A DNA stretch of 64,000 bases from contig CBFHJI010000001.1 of assembly GCA_965656255.1 (NCBI GenBank), positions 8,505 to 72,504 of the forward strand. Reading direction: 5' to 3'. The notes beneath the pieces were generated by a model that was not told the origin of the DNA, did not search any database, and saw only the letters and a list, made by a program, of their open reading frames with translations. Origin of the DNA: Alphaproteobacteria bacterium (GTDB lineage: Bacteria > Pseudomonadota > Alphaproteobacteria > RS24). Position 1 is the first letter of the stretch; every line of letters starts with the position of its first letter. The position numbers and the translations under genes were made by a program. Below, one piece after another: positions 20,982 to 31,668 of this stretch.

Positions 20982-22270
20982 TGTTAGACTTACTTAGCAA
21001 TGAAGTTTGGATGACGGGTGGTATCATATTTCTGCTCATCATCTGTTCAGGTATTTTGTCAGGTTCTGAAACAGCTTTAACCGCAACCTCACGGGCAAGA
21101 ATGAATACGCTGGAGAGCGAAGGCGTTCGCGCGGCCCGCTGGGTGAATTATTTGCTTGAACGCAAAGAACAGCTGATAAGCGCGATCCTGCTTTGCAATA
21201 ATCTCGTCAATATTCTTGCTTCTGTTTTGGCGACGAATTTATTTCTAAAACTTGTCGGAGAGAATGGCCTTATCTATGCCACTCTGGTCATGACCGCCAT
21301 TGTTGTCATTTTTGCAGAAGTCCTTCCAAAGACTTATGCCATATTAACACCTGACGATACAGCGCTGCGCGTCTCCGGGCTTTTGCGCGTCATTATGTGG
21401 CTCCTCACCCCCTTCTCAAAACTCCTTCAGGCCATTTCTCGTTTCACGCTCAGGCTTGCCGGGTTTCGTGAAGAAAATGCAGGTAACTTTCTCGCACCTC
21501 ACGAAGAAATCAGAAGCGCTATCGACCTTCATCACCGCGAAGGTGGCGTGATTAAGCAAGACAGAGATATGCTCGGCGGCATTCTCGACCTTGCTCAAAT
21601 TACGGTTGGTGAAGTGATGGTTCATCGCAAGCATATGCTTATGTTTGACGCGGACCAACCCAGCGCCAAAATCGTTCAAAATATTTTAGACAGCCCCTAT
21701 ACGCGCATACCACTCTGGCGCGATGATCAAGATAATATTATTGGTGTTGTCCACGCCAAGGATATGTGGCGCGCCGCGGCCCAATCTAAAGAGGAGATCA
21801 ATCTTGATGATGTTATGTCTCCGCCTTGGTTTATTCCTGAAACGACTCCGCTATCGGAACAATTAGCGGCATTTAGAAAACGGAAAGCCCATTTTGCCCT
21901 GGTCGTTGATGAATATGGCACCCTAATGGGCCTTGTCACCATGGAAGATATTCTCGAAGAAATTGTCGGGCATATTCACGATGAGCATGATGAACCTGAG
22001 AGTGGCGTTAAGCGCCTTTCAGAAGGTGGTATTGAAGTTGCTGGCTCAATGAGCGTGCGGGACTTAAACAGGGATATGGGATGGAACCTGCCCGATGATG
22101 AAGCGACAACCATTGCCGGCCTTGTTATTCATGAGGCCCGCGCCATTCCAGAGGTTGGCCAAATTTTTGACTTTCATGGCTTTCGGTTTCGGGTCATCGC
22201 GCGGCAACGCAATCAAATCTTATCTTTAAGAATTTTACCCACCTCACATAAACAAAAAACCCAAGGCTAG
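20981..22270 (+). CDS. HlyC/CorC family transporter (DUF21 + CBS pair + CorC_HlyC)
   Basis: N-terminal TM region, CBS-pair region and a C-terminal transporter-associated domain. TAATG overlap with aroB. Confidence 0.85.
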   Translation: MLDLLSNEVWMTGGIIFLLIICSGILSGSETALTATSRARMNTLESEGVRAARWVNYLLERKEQLISAILLCNNLVNILASVLATNLFLKLVGENGLIYATLVMTAIVVIFAEVLPKTYAILTPDDTALRVSGLLRVIMWLLTPFSKLLQAISRFTLRLAGFREENAGNFLAPHEEIRSAIDLHHREGGVIKQDRDMLGGILDLAQITVGEVMVHRKHMLMFDADQPSAKIVQNILDSPYTRIPLWRDDQDNIIGVVHAKDMWRAAAQSKEEINLDDVMSPPWFIPETTPLSEQLAAFRKRKAHFALVVDEYGTLMGLVTMEDILEEIVGHIHDEHDEPESGVKRLSEGGIEVAGSMSVRDLNRDMGWNLPDDEATTIAGLVIHEARAIPEVGQIFDFHGFRFRVIARQRNQILSLRILPTSHKQKTQG

Positions 22271-22279
22271 AAACAATTA

Positions 22280-22555
22280 TTAGCCTTCATTCTCGGCTGG
22301 TGTTTTAGCTTTAAGCGCAAGTGCATGCACTTTTGTGGCAAGCTCTTCTTTTAAGACAGCATAAATCGCCCGCTGTCGTGCCAAACGCGTCAAACCATCA
22401 AAGAATGGGCTAACAATCTCAACCCGAAAGTGGCTCTCACCGCCCTCAGGGGCGCCGCTATGACCTGCATGCTTATGGGACTCGTCAATAACACTCAAAT
22501 GTACCGGCGCAAAAGCCTCAGTGAGCTTTATTTCTATATTTGTAAGAACAGTCAT
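22280..22555 (-). CDS. BolA family protein
   Basis: VIDESHKHAGH...HFRVEIVSPFF...R.RAIY pattern. Start chosen at MTVLTN (Met21 of the track ORF). Confidence 0.8.
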   Translation of the reverse strand: MTVLTNIEIKLTEAFAPVHLSVIDESHKHAGHSGAPEGGESHFRVEIVSPFFDGLTRLARQRAIYAVLKEELATKVHALALKAKTPAENEG

Positions 22556-22689
22556 GGCGTTTCTACTTTCAGTTATAATATGCCCACCATAGACCGACAC
22601 GTGAACAAAAGGCAAAAAGATGCAGGAGATAAGCTCTATTTAATCATCTTCCTATAGAAGCGCGCGCCAAATAATGGCACGATGGGCTT

Positions 22690-23274
22690 ATGAAACTGCA
22701 ATCTAAATATTTTGATATGATCAGAATCCATCGTCCGTCTGAAATCAAAGCGGATACACGCGTGGCATGTGCCTGGCCCGAGTGCAAGGATTTTGGGACA
22801 TTTCCAGCGCCTGCAGGCCCCCAAAGCAAAGACCGACGGTTCTTCTGCAAAAGCCATATCACTGAATATAACCGCAATTATAACTTCTTTGAAGGTATGA
22901 GTGATGATGATGCCGAAGCCTACCGTCGCGGCGCTGGGGTTGGCCATCGCCCTACCTGGTCGCTCGGCGCACGGCGGGCGCGAGGGCATCATAATGGAGA
23001 CTGGCAATTCCATGACCCACTCGAAATCATGAAAGAAAACGGAATCGTCGATGAACCAAAGCGCAAAGGCAAGCGCGTATCATCTGGACAAAGCCGCGCT
23101 CTTGATGTTCTAGACCTCGATGAAACGGCAGACGCCAAAACTGTACGTCAACGTTACAAGGAATTAGTCAAAAAATACCACCCAGATGCTAATGGGGGAG
23201 ATCGGCGTTTTGAAGAACGCCTTCACCGTGTTATCAAGTCCTATCAATTCTTAAAAGCCTCGGGCTTTTGTTAG
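22690..23274 (+). CDS. J-domain protein with N-terminal Cys/His cluster
   Basis: C-terminal J domain with the HPD motif (RQRYKELVKKYHPDANGGD). N-terminal CAWPEC...FCKSH cluster. Confidence 0.75.
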   Translation: MKLQSKYFDMIRIHRPSEIKADTRVACAWPECKDFGTFPAPAGPQSKDRRFFCKSHITEYNRNYNFFEGMSDDDAEAYRRGAGVGHRPTWSLGARRARGHHNGDWQFHDPLEIMKENGIVDEPKRKGKRVSSGQSRALDVLDLDETADAKTVRQRYKELVKKYHPDANGGDRRFEERLHRVIKSYQFLKASGFC

Positions 23275-23365
23275 TGCGCTTTATTTGCTAACACTTTGCA
23301 CTAATTAAATGAGATAAATTAAATGACCATTGAGTAGGCTTCCTAAAAGAGCCGTGGAGAAAGTA

Positions 23366-24361
23366 ATGACTGATAAAACTGAACGTGCTGGCCCAATGCC
23401 AAATGAACCCGATATGACTGTTTCAGCCCGCGAGGTTTTTAATGTTGATATCGACATGCAAGTGCCGGCTTTTTCTGCCACCAGCGAATATGTCCCCGAC
23501 ATTGACCCGAATTACCTTTTTGATAAACAAACAACACTCGCGCTTTTGGCTGGTTTTACGCATAATCGCCGCGTCATGGTTCAGGGATATCACGGCACAG
23601 GGAAATCAACTCACATTGAACAAATCGCAGCACGTCTAAACTGGCCTTGTGTGCGCGTGAACCTTGATAGTCATGTTAGCCGTATCGACCTTGTCGGAAA
23701 GGATGCGATTGTCCTTAAAGACGGTAAACAAATCACTGAATTTCAAGAAGGCATTTTGCCATGGGCTCTGCAAAACCCAGTGGCGCTGGTCTTTGATGAA
23801 TATGACGCAGGCCGCCCTGATGTCATGTTTGTTATTCAGCGCGTACTTGAGGTCGCCGGTAAGCTTACGCTTTTGGATCAAAGCAAAGTGATTCGTCCCC
23901 ATCCATTTTTTCGTCTCTTCGCAACCACCAATACAATTGGCTTGGGTGACACATCCGGCCTATATCATGGCACACAGCAAATCAACCAAGGGCAAATGGA
24001 TCGCTGGAACATTGTAACGTCGCTCAATTATTTGCCACATGACCAAGAAACCAGCATCGTCCACTCAAAGGCGCAAGGTTACGAAACCCCTGAAGGAAAA
24101 GAAATGATTGCCTCCATGGTTCGGGTTGCCGACCTGACACGATCTGCCTTTATTAATGGCGACATCTCAACGGTCATGAGCCCGCGTACTGTTCTCACAT
24201 GGGCTGAGAACGCAACAATTCTCGGCGATGTCGGTTTTGCTTTTCAGGTGACATTCCTAAATAAATGTGACGAGCTCGAGCGTCCAACGGTTGCTGAATT
24301 TTACCAACGCTGTATGGGCCAAGACCTGCCACAATCAGCTATCAGCGTTCTCGCATCCTAA
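23366..24361 (+). CDS. cobS: CobS-type MoxR-like AAA+ ATPase (annotated family: cobaltochelatase subunit CobS)
   Basis: Walker [10 protein letters not shown] and Walker B LVFDEYD. GGAGA SD-like sequence upstream of ATG 23366. Confidence 0.85.
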   Translation: MTDKTERAGPMPNEPDMTVSAREVFNVDIDMQVPAFSATSEYVPDIDPNYLFDKQTTLALLAGFTHNRRVMVQGYHGTGKSTHIEQIAARLNWPCVRVNLDSHVSRIDLVGKDAIVLKDGKQITEFQEGILPWALQNPVALVFDEYDAGRPDVMFVIQRVLEVAGKLTLLDQSKVIRPHPFFRLFATTNTIGLGDTSGLYHGTQQINQGQMDRWNIVTSLNYLPHDQETSIVHSKAQGYETPEGKEMIASMVRVADLTRSAFINGDISTVMSPRTVLTWAENATILGDVGFAFQVTFLNKCDELERPTVAEFYQRCMGQDLPQSAISVLAS

Positions 24362-24375
24362 GGAGCTAGATTGTC

Positions 24376-26274
24376 ATGAGCGAGACGGATCTTGACCGTT
24401 TCAAGCGCGCTGTTGTCCAAACAATGCGGTCCATTGCCGAAGAGCCCGAATTATCGGTTGCCTTTGGTGCGGAAACGCCAAGTTTAAACGGCCTGAAAGC
24501 GCGCGTCTCACAACCTGCGCGCGACCTGCCGCTTGCCGAACGCATGCTTGTGCGAGGTCAAAGCGACTCACTGGCATTGCGTCTTGCGAACCATGATGAA
24601 GAGCTTGCGTCAAAACACGCACCGCGTGACAGTTCGGCACGCCTTGCATTTGATGCGGCAGAAACAGCGCGCTGCGAATCCATTGGGGCGCGTAACATGT
24701 TGGGCGTTGCCCAAAACATTGACGAAATGCATTCCGCCCGCTGTCGAAAACTTGGCTATCAGGACAAAATGACTCGCGAGGAGGCGCCATTAGCCGAAGC
24801 CTTGGGCTTTATGATTCGCGAGCGCTTAAGCAATCGCGCTGTACCTGAAGCTGCCCGCGGCGTTGTCGATGCCTGGCGCGAATGGATTAATACTCGCGCC
24901 GGCGACAATCTGGCAAAGCTAACCGATGCCATGTCGGATCAAGATGAATTTGGCCGTATTTCTCAAGATATTCTTGTTGACCTTGAGCTTTTGGAAGAAG
25001 GCGATAAGTCCGACCAAGAAGGCGAAGACGCTGATGGTCAAGACGGTGAAGACAATCAACAAGATGGTGAAGAGGGCGAAGCCAGCCAACAAGATGGCAT
25101 GTCGGATGAAGACATGGAAATAGGTGAAGGCGACGCTGAACAAGGCGATAGCCAATCCATGCAAATGGACGGCGATGATGTTGAAGGTGACATGGAGGGT
25201 GAAGATGGTGGAGAGACCATGGAAGCCAACCAGCAAACTGGTCCACTAACTCCAGAAAAATCTGCCTATGCAATTTATTCCAACCAATTTGATGAAACGA
25301 TCGAAGCTGAAGAATTATGCGATGCCGAAGAATTGACGCGTTTACGCGCTTATCTCGATCAGCAATTGCAAAACCTACAAGGCGTTGTCGCACGGCTTGC
25401 CAACCGATTGCAAAGACGTTTACAGGCCAAACAAAATCGCTCTTGGGACTTTGATCTTGAAGAAGGCTATCTCGATCCCGCGCGGTTAACCCGCATCGTC
25501 ATCGATCCGACCCAGCCGCTTTCTTTCAAGCAAGAACAAGACACAAAATTTCGTGACACTGTGGTTACAATCTTGATTGATAATTCAGGCTCCATGCGCG
25601 GACGGCCCATCACAGTTGCGGCTATGTCTGCCGATATTTTAGCCCGCACCTTAGAGCGTTGCAATGTCAAGACCGAACTCCTAGGCTTTACAACACGTGC
25701 GTGGAAAGGTGGCCAGGCTCGCGAGCTTTGGATGTCAGCCGGCAAACCCGCTTATCCTGGCCGTTTGAATGATATTCGCCATATTATTTATAAAAACGCC
25801 GACACGCCATGGCGCCGCGCGCGACGCAATTTAGGCTTAATGATGCGTGAGGGCCTGCTCAAAGAAAACATTGATGGAGAAGCGCTTATCTGGGCACATA
25901 ATCGGCTCCTCGCTCGCCCAGAACAACGACGTATTTTAATGGTCATTTCTGACGGCGCCCCCGTCGATGACAGCACGCTCTCTGTAAATGCCGGAAATTA
26001 TCTTGAAAAGCATTTGCGTAATGTCATTGAGGATATTGAAACGCGATCCCCGGTTGAACTTATTGCCATTGGTATTGGTCATGATGTGACCCGCTATTAC
26101 CGGCGCGCCGTTACGATTATTGACGCCGAGCAATTGGGGGGTGCGATGACAGATAAGCTGGCAGAACTCTTTGATGAAACGCAGACTGCAAACCCTAAAA
26201 GCAGCGTCTCTGGCGGCACCGGGGCTTTGGCCCAAGGTGCACGCGCTGCCATGAAGGCGGCCAAACGCGCTTAA
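24376..26274 (+). CDS. cobT: CobT-type protein with central poly-acidic region and C-terminal vWA domain
   Basis: MIDAS motif DNSGSMRG and a long D/E/G/Q-rich insert, in the typical CobT arrangement after cobS. Confidence 0.85.
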   Translation: MSETDLDRFKRAVVQTMRSIAEEPELSVAFGAETPSLNGLKARVSQPARDLPLAERMLVRGQSDSLALRLANHDEELASKHAPRDSSARLAFDAAETARCESIGARNMLGVAQNIDEMHSARCRKLGYQDKMTREEAPLAEALGFMIRERLSNRAVPEAARGVVDAWREWINTRAGDNLAKLTDAMSDQDEFGRISQDILVDLELLEEGDKSDQEGEDADGQDGEDNQQDGEEGEASQQDGMSDEDMEIGEGDAEQGDSQSMQMDGDDVEGDMEGEDGGETMEANQQTGPLTPEKSAYAIYSNQFDETIEAEELCDAEELTRLRAYLDQQLQNLQGVVARLANRLQRRLQAKQNRSWDFDLEEGYLDPARLTRIVIDPTQPLSFKQEQDTKFRDTVVTILIDNSGSMRGRPITVAAMSADILARTLERCNVKTELLGFTTRAWKGGQARELWMSAGKPAYPGRLNDIRHIIYKNADTPWRRARRNLGLMMREGLLKENIDGEALIWAHNRLLARPEQRRILMVISDGAPVDDSTLSVNAGNYLEKHLRNVIEDIETRSPVELIAIGIGHDVTRYYRRAVTIIDAEQLGGAMTDKLAELFDETQTANPKSSVSGGTGALAQGARAAMKAAKRA

Positions 26275-26316
26275 CTGAATTTACATCGCTATACAGGCAT
26301 AAAGTTATAGAGGCAT

Positions 26317-26358
26317 AAAAAAAGCGCTCCATGGAGGAATCCAAGGAACGCTTTTTTG
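26317..26358. terminator. Candidate bidirectional intrinsic terminator between convergent cobT and rpmB
   Basis: AAAAAA-AGCGCTCC...GGAACGCT-TTTTTT. The 8-bp stem has one mismatch and is flanked by an A-tract and a T-tract. Confidence 0.5.
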
Positions 26359-26374
26359 AATGGTTTTTTGAAAC

Positions 26375-26656
26375 TTAAGCGATTTTTGCGCTGATTTCTT
26401 TTTTAAACTTAATGGCGCGCTGAGACAAAACATTGTCGCGGGCTTTAAGTAAAAACTTATCAATGCCGCCGACATGCTCAACGGAACGAACAGCTGAAGC
26501 TGTGACACGTAAACGCAAAGACCGACCCAAAGTTTCACTCGGCAAACTTACTTGCTGAAGATTTGGCAAAAACTTACGACGCGTTTTATTCATCGCATGG
26601 CTTACATTATTGCCGCTCATTACACTTTTTCCGCTTAGTTCGCATACGCGTGACAT
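26375..26656 (-). CDS. rpmB: 50S ribosomal protein L28
   Basis: [34 protein letters not shown], the canonical L28 N-terminus. Confidence 0.95.
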   Translation of the reverse strand: MSRVCELSGKSVMSGNNVSHAMNKTRRKFLPNLQQVSLPSETLGRSLRLRVTASAVRSVEHVGGIDKFLLKARDNVLSQRAIKFKKEISAKIA

Positions 26657-26867
26657 AACGATCTCCGATCAATCTATCGGCCATAAAGGCCGATATGGTT
26701 AATTCTCATAACGCTCAAGAAAACTCAAAAAACCAGTCAAGAGCGACATAAACAAATGTACAAGACAAATGGGCCAGGCAAAGCCAACACACACTTATCT
26801 GTTGAAGGATTGCTTATATAAAGGCTATGCGCCCCCGTCAAGAGGGGCATTCACATCAATACCTTTC

Positions 26868-28136
26868 TTATTGACCAATGAAACCAAATAAAACGCCCCC
26901 TACTTTGCGGATCTGTATTTCCTCAGCCCCTTCAGTAATACGATAACGGCGGTGATGGCGGTAAATATGTTCAAAAGGCTTATGCCGCGAATAACCAATC
27001 CCACCATGAACTTGCATTGCCTGATCCGCAGCCTGACATACCAACCGGTTGGCGCGGTAATTACACATAGAGACTTTGTCCGAGAGGCGCTTGGCTACTT
27101 CAGGCTTGGACATTGTGTCCATTTGCGCCGCTGTTTTATAAACCAGATTACGGATCATCTCGCATTCCGTATGCTGTTCGACCAAAGGAAACTGGATCGC
27201 CTGATTGGCCGCAAGGGGCTTGCCAAATGGTTTTCTTTTCTTGGCATAGGCAACGCTCTCATTAATGCAATATTGAGCGGCACCCACACCTGAAGCGGCT
27301 TGTCGAATGCGGTTTTCATGAACAAAATGCTGAGCCAGCATTAATCCGTTATCGATGGGGCCAAAAAGGGCTGTTTCGGGCACCCACACATCCGTCAATG
27401 AGATCCGCGGATGATCTGTCGGCATGTTAAATGTCCACAAATATTCCTCAATTTTAAACCCAGGCGCATCAGTTGGCACTAAGAAACAGCTTATGCCAAC
27501 GGCACTGCCATCATCGCCAGACGTGCGAGCAAAAATCATGTCATAATTGGCAACATGCAACCCAGTATTCCACATTTTTTCGCCATTAATAAGCCAACCA
27601 TCAACACCATCGCGCTTCTCAGGCACTGCTTTGGTTTCCATCCATGTTGCATCTGATCCATGCTCGGGCTCAGTGAGGCCAAAACCTACTCGGTGTGTTC
27701 CCCCTAACATACCATTGATAAATTCATCTTTTTGCGCCTCTGTCCCAAAATCGCGGAACATTAAGACCTGAGGCATATTGCCGACAATAGAGCTCTCATT
27801 TTGCAAATCATTATGCAACCCAAGCCCTTTTTCAGCCAAATGTTCGCGAATAACGGCCATGGCAAGGTTGCTACCGTCCTGCCCACCATATTCTTTGGGT
27901 AACCCAAAGCGCAAATGGCCAGCGGCATCAGCTCGGCGACGCATTTCTGCAAGCAACTCTTCCCAATCCTCGCGAGGAAGCCCCCCATTATCCCAATCCG
28001 TGCGTGCATGTTCACGGCGATGATCAAAAAAACGAATATTATCGTCTTGCGCCTCGAGCGGTTTTATTTCCTTTTCGATAAACGCATCGAGAACGGATAA
28101 ATATGTCTTAATATCCTGTGGAATTTCGAGATCCAT
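26868..28136 (-). CDS. Acyl-CoA dehydrogenase family protein
   Basis: 422 aa with an ACAD fold (GFGLTEPEHGSD, QVHGGIGY..., EGAEEIQ). Confidence 0.9.
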   Translation of the reverse strand: MDLEIPQDIKTYLSVLDAFIEKEIKPLEAQDDNIRFFDHRREHARTDWDNGGLPREDWEELLAEMRRRADAAGHLRFGLPKEYGGQDGSNLAMAVIREHLAEKGLGLHNDLQNESSIVGNMPQVLMFRDFGTEAQKDEFINGMLGGTHRVGFGLTEPEHGSDATWMETKAVPEKRDGVDGWLINGEKMWNTGLHVANYDMIFARTSGDDGSAVGISCFLVPTDAPGFKIEEYLWTFNMPTDHPRISLTDVWVPETALFGPIDNGLMLAQHFVHENRIRQAASGVGAAQYCINESVAYAKKRKPFGKPLAANQAIQFPLVEQHTECEMIRNLVYKTAAQMDTMSKPEVAKRLSDKVSMCNYRANRLVCQAADQAMQVHGGIGYSRHKPFEHIYRHHRRYRITEGAEEIQIRKVGGVLFGFIGQ

Positions 28137-28411
28137 AAGCTACTCCTCTTGCAAATTTTTATCATGTTAGCACGCCTAAAAAAAAGCGAAACTGGTCAAT
28201 CATCGACAATGACGTTTTGTCATAGGCGCAAAAACACCATATCTCGTAGGGAACGAAGCATGAAAACCTACTATGTCAGTGATTCGTACACACTCTGTTC
28301 TTGCCATGTTCTCGGAATTCGATTCGAGGGCCGAATCGCTAAAATCAGGTTTATCGTGATAGTTTTGAAATGTGCCTTGCCTATTCCCCCTGTTCCAACC
28401 AAATTAACCCC

Positions 28412-31264
28412 ATGAAAAATCAGAATTATAAGTTTACATCCTATGCCAGTGCCGCGGGAAAAACCGACAGTGACCTTCGTGTCATTTTGGGGCCAACCAA
28501 TACAGGTAAAACACACTTAGCAATGGAGCGCATGCTGGGCTACTCATCTGGCATGATTGGGCTTCCCTTACGACTTCTCGCTCGGGAGGTTTACGATCGT
28601 TTGCTTAGGGGTGATTTTGGCCCAGTGCATGCTGCAGATGTTGCGCTCATTACAGGCGAGGAAAAGATTCTTCCGCCTAAGGCGCGCTATTTTATCTGCA
28701 CCGTTGAGGCAATGCCCGTCTCACGCCCTGTAGAGTTTCTCGCCATTGACGAAATTCAACTCGCAACAGACCAAGAGCGCGGTCATATATTTACCAACCG
28801 CCTTTTGCATGCGCGGGGGGATCTCGAAACGATGATCTTAGGCGCAGAAACCATGCGCCCAATTATTCAGCTTTTATTGCCAAAGGCGCTAATCGAAACA
28901 CGCAGTCGTTTTTCCGCATTACGCTGGGCTGGTGCGAAGAAATTATCACGCCTACCAAGACGCACGGCGATTACGGCTTTTTCTGTTGAGAATGTTTATG
29001 CGATCGCTGAGGTTATTCGACAACAAAAAGGAGGTGCTGCTGTCGTCATGGGCGCACTCAGCCCACGCACGCGAAATGCGCAGGTAGAACTTTACCAATC
29101 GGGCGAGGTTGACTTTCTTGTTGCAACAGATGCCATCGGCATGGGCCTCAATATGGATATTGATCATGTCACATTTGCACAAACCCGAAAATTTGATGGT
29201 CGAAATCATCGCCCTTTAACACCCGCTGAGCTGGCCCAAATTGCTGGTCGGGCGGGACGCCATACAAGCGACGGCACTTTTGGCGTAAGCGGTGATGTTG
29301 CCGAATTTGAAGATGAATTGATTGGCCGCATTGAGAACCACGAATTTGATCCCATTAAGCTACTCATGTGGCGAAATGCCGATCTCGACTTTACCTCAGC
29401 CGATAGCCTACTGCTCTCTCTTGAAGCGCCCGCATCAACGCAAGGCCTCGTCAGAGCCCCCATGTCCGATGATCTAACGGCTCTAACTTTTTTGCGCCGT
29501 CAGCCAGACATCATCGATCGAGCGCAATCTCCGGATCGTGTTCAGCTCCTGTGGGATGTTGCTCAAATCCCAGACTTTCGAAAAACAATGGCCGGTGATC
29601 ACGCAAGTTTATTGGGCGAGATCTATCTCTTTCTAACAAATGGTAATGGCCGCATTGACCCGAATTGGCTCGAAACGCGGATTAATCATTGTGAGCGTTA
29701 TGATGGCGATCTTGATACATTATCAACGCGCATCGCCCATATTCGAACATGGAATTATGTTGCCCATAAAAATGAATGGCTGGACGACCATCAGTTTTGG
29801 CAAGAGCGAAGTCGAATTGTTGAGGATCGGCTCTCTGATGCACTTCATCAGCGGCTAACAAAGCAATTTGTCGACGGCAAATCCTCTGCGCTTACGCGCC
29901 GGCTAAAAGGTCGGGAAGAGGTCCTTGCTGATATAGATGAAAATGGCGATATCACGATAGAGGGCGAGTTTACCGGACGCTTGAATGGGCTCACCCTCCA
30001 CAGGGATCCCCGCCTAAAGGGGGCGGCAACTGGCTCTGCGCGACGCGCCGTAGAGCTTTTGGCCGGCGAGACTATTCAGAAACATGCCCAAGCCATCACA
30101 CTCGCGCCTGACGAAGACTTTGCCATTGATCAAAGCGGCCATATCATTTGGCAAAATGCAAAAGTCGCGAGGTTGAAATTTGACCCCCATCCCAATGACA
30201 CAGATAATAGCATTAAAAGCATCAACTTCTTACAGCCGCAGATCAGCCTTATTTGTGACGAAATGCTCAATGGTCCATCGCGGCAAAATGTAGAAGCTCG
30301 CATTCAAAAATGGATGCGCGACTATGCAAACACAAAACTATCTGCCCTTGCCAAACTATCGACAGAAGAAGGGCTTGATGGGCTGGCTCGTGGTCTTTCT
30401 TTCCAGCTTTTAGAAGCCAAGGGCACCCTTATACGTTCCGAGATCACGCATATTTTATCCGAACTCGACCAATCTGCCCGCGCTAGCTTACGCAAAATTG
30501 GTGTGCGCTTTGGAGCTTATAATGTCTTTATTCCTGAGCTTTTAAAGCCAGCTGCTTCGCAATTTTTGGCACTTTGCACAAGCATCAGCCTGAACCGCGC
30601 CGCCAAACCTGACCTTCACATTTTACCCCGAGCGGGCCTCACCTCAGCCGTCCGCGACAAAACATTACCCTCTACGCTTTACCGCGCCGCAGGTTTCCAT
30701 GCCTTTTCCACTCGGGTTATCCGATTTGATATGCTCGAACGACTGGCTGATTTAATCCGAACTGCTATCGACGCAGATAAAACCATTAAAGGTTTTCGGG
30801 TGAATGACGCCATGGTCTCAATTATGGGCTGTAGTGTCGACGAGTTGGGCCAAATTTTGCGCGAACTGGGCTATGAGGAAAATACGCAACCCAGAAAAAC
30901 TGAGCGCGAAACTGGATCTGACCCTATCGAAACAGAAATGTCGGATAAAATCGTTTCTGAAGATGCGCCTGAGCCGGATATGGCCAAAGCGCCAACCGCG
31001 CGCGATATCATATGGACTCGCTCTATGCACCGCACAGGAGTAAACCAAGGTAAAGCGCATCGCCAAGGTCCGCAAAACCCTCAAAAGCAAAGGGCCAAAG
31101 GAAAATATGCCAAAGAAGGCACCGCCCAATTTGCAAAATCAAACCCGAAGCCCAAAACGAAGCAGGCAAGGCACTCACCGCAAAGCAAACAGTCAAAAGC
31201 GCCTAAGTTTGATCCAGATAGTCCCTTTGCCGCTCTAGCCCAACTCAAAACAAAGAAGCGATGA
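28412..31264 (+). CDS. Suv3-like superfamily 2 RNA helicase with long C-terminal extension and basic tail
   Basis: Motifs GPTNTGKTH (I), AIDEIQ (II), ATDAIGMGLN (V) and QIAGRAGR (VI), as in Suv3-type helicases. Lys/Gln/Pro-rich C-terminus. Start chosen at MKNQNYKF. Confidence 0.8.
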   Translation: MKNQNYKFTSYASAAGKTDSDLRVILGPTNTGKTHLAMERMLGYSSGMIGLPLRLLAREVYDRLLRGDFGPVHAADVALITGEEKILPPKARYFICTVEAMPVSRPVEFLAIDEIQLATDQERGHIFTNRLLHARGDLETMILGAETMRPIIQLLLPKALIETRSRFSALRWAGAKKLSRLPRRTAITAFSVENVYAIAEVIRQQKGGAAVVMGALSPRTRNAQVELYQSGEVDFLVATDAIGMGLNMDIDHVTFAQTRKFDGRNHRPLTPAELAQIAGRAGRHTSDGTFGVSGDVAEFEDELIGRIENHEFDPIKLLMWRNADLDFTSADSLLLSLEAPASTQGLVRAPMSDDLTALTFLRRQPDIIDRAQSPDRVQLLWDVAQIPDFRKTMAGDHASLLGEIYLFLTNGNGRIDPNWLETRINHCERYDGDLDTLSTRIAHIRTWNYVAHKNEWLDDHQFWQERSRIVEDRLSDALHQRLTKQFVDGKSSALTRRLKGREEVLADIDENGDITIEGEFTGRLNGLTLHRDPRLKGAATGSARRAVELLAGETIQKHAQAITLAPDEDFAIDQSGHIIWQNAKVARLKFDPHPNDTDNSIKSINFLQPQISLICDEMLNGPSRQNVEARIQKWMRDYANTKLSALAKLSTEEGLDGLARGLSFQLLEAKGTLIRSEITHILSELDQSARASLRKIGVRFGAYNVFIPELLKPAASQFLALCTSISLNRAAKPDLHILPRAGLTSAVRDKTLPSTLYRAAGFHAFSTRVIRFDMLERLADLIRTAIDADKTIKGFRVNDAMVSIMGCSVDELGQILRELGYEENTQPRKTERETGSDPIETEMSDKIVSEDAPEPDMAKAPTARDIIWTRSMHRTGVNQGKAHRQGPQNPQKQRAKGKYAKEGTAQFAKSNPKPKTKQARHSPQSKQSKAPKFDPDSPFAALAQLKTKKR

Positions 31265-31647
31265 CAGACACACCTTCCATGCGCCTCGATAAATGGCTTT
31301 GGCACGCTCGGTTTGTTAAAACACGGAGCCTTGCTCAAACACTTTTAACCGGCGGTAAAGTCCGTTTAAATGGCAATAAACTCGATAAAGCCAGCGCCAA
31401 AATACGCGTTAATGATGAAATTTCATTCGCTGTGCATGACCGCCTCCATCTTATCAAAGTTGCAGGTCTCAGCGACCGACGTGGGCCCGCGCCTGAGGCA
31501 CGATTGCTCTATGAAGAAATTGAGCCACCTCAAAACCTTTCAGAGCGCAAAAGCCAAGCCCAGCGGCCCCGAGGCGAAGGTCGACCCAGCAAGAAGCAAC
31601 GTCGACAAATAGACGAATTTAAGAAACAGGGCTTGCCTTCTGAGTGA
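31261..31647 (+). CDS. S4-domain RNA-binding protein (Hsp15/HslR-like)
   Basis: MRLDKWLWHARFVKTRSLA S4 motif and a basic C-terminal tail. ATGA overlap with the helicase gene. Confidence 0.75.
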   Translation: MTDTPSMRLDKWLWHARFVKTRSLAQTLLTGGKVRLNGNKLDKASAKIRVNDEISFAVHDRLHLIKVAGLSDRRGPAPEARLLYEEIEPPQNLSERKSQAQRPRGEGRPSKKQRRQIDEFKKQGLPSE

Positions 31648-31668
31648 AGCTTATCTAAGGAATAATCT

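Noticed and set aside
24887-25393. 168-aa and 105-aa minus-strand ORFs antisense to cobT.
   Set aside because: They mirror the GAA/GAT/GGT-rich poly-acidic coding repeat of CobT. Low-complexity DNA suppresses stop codons in other frames.
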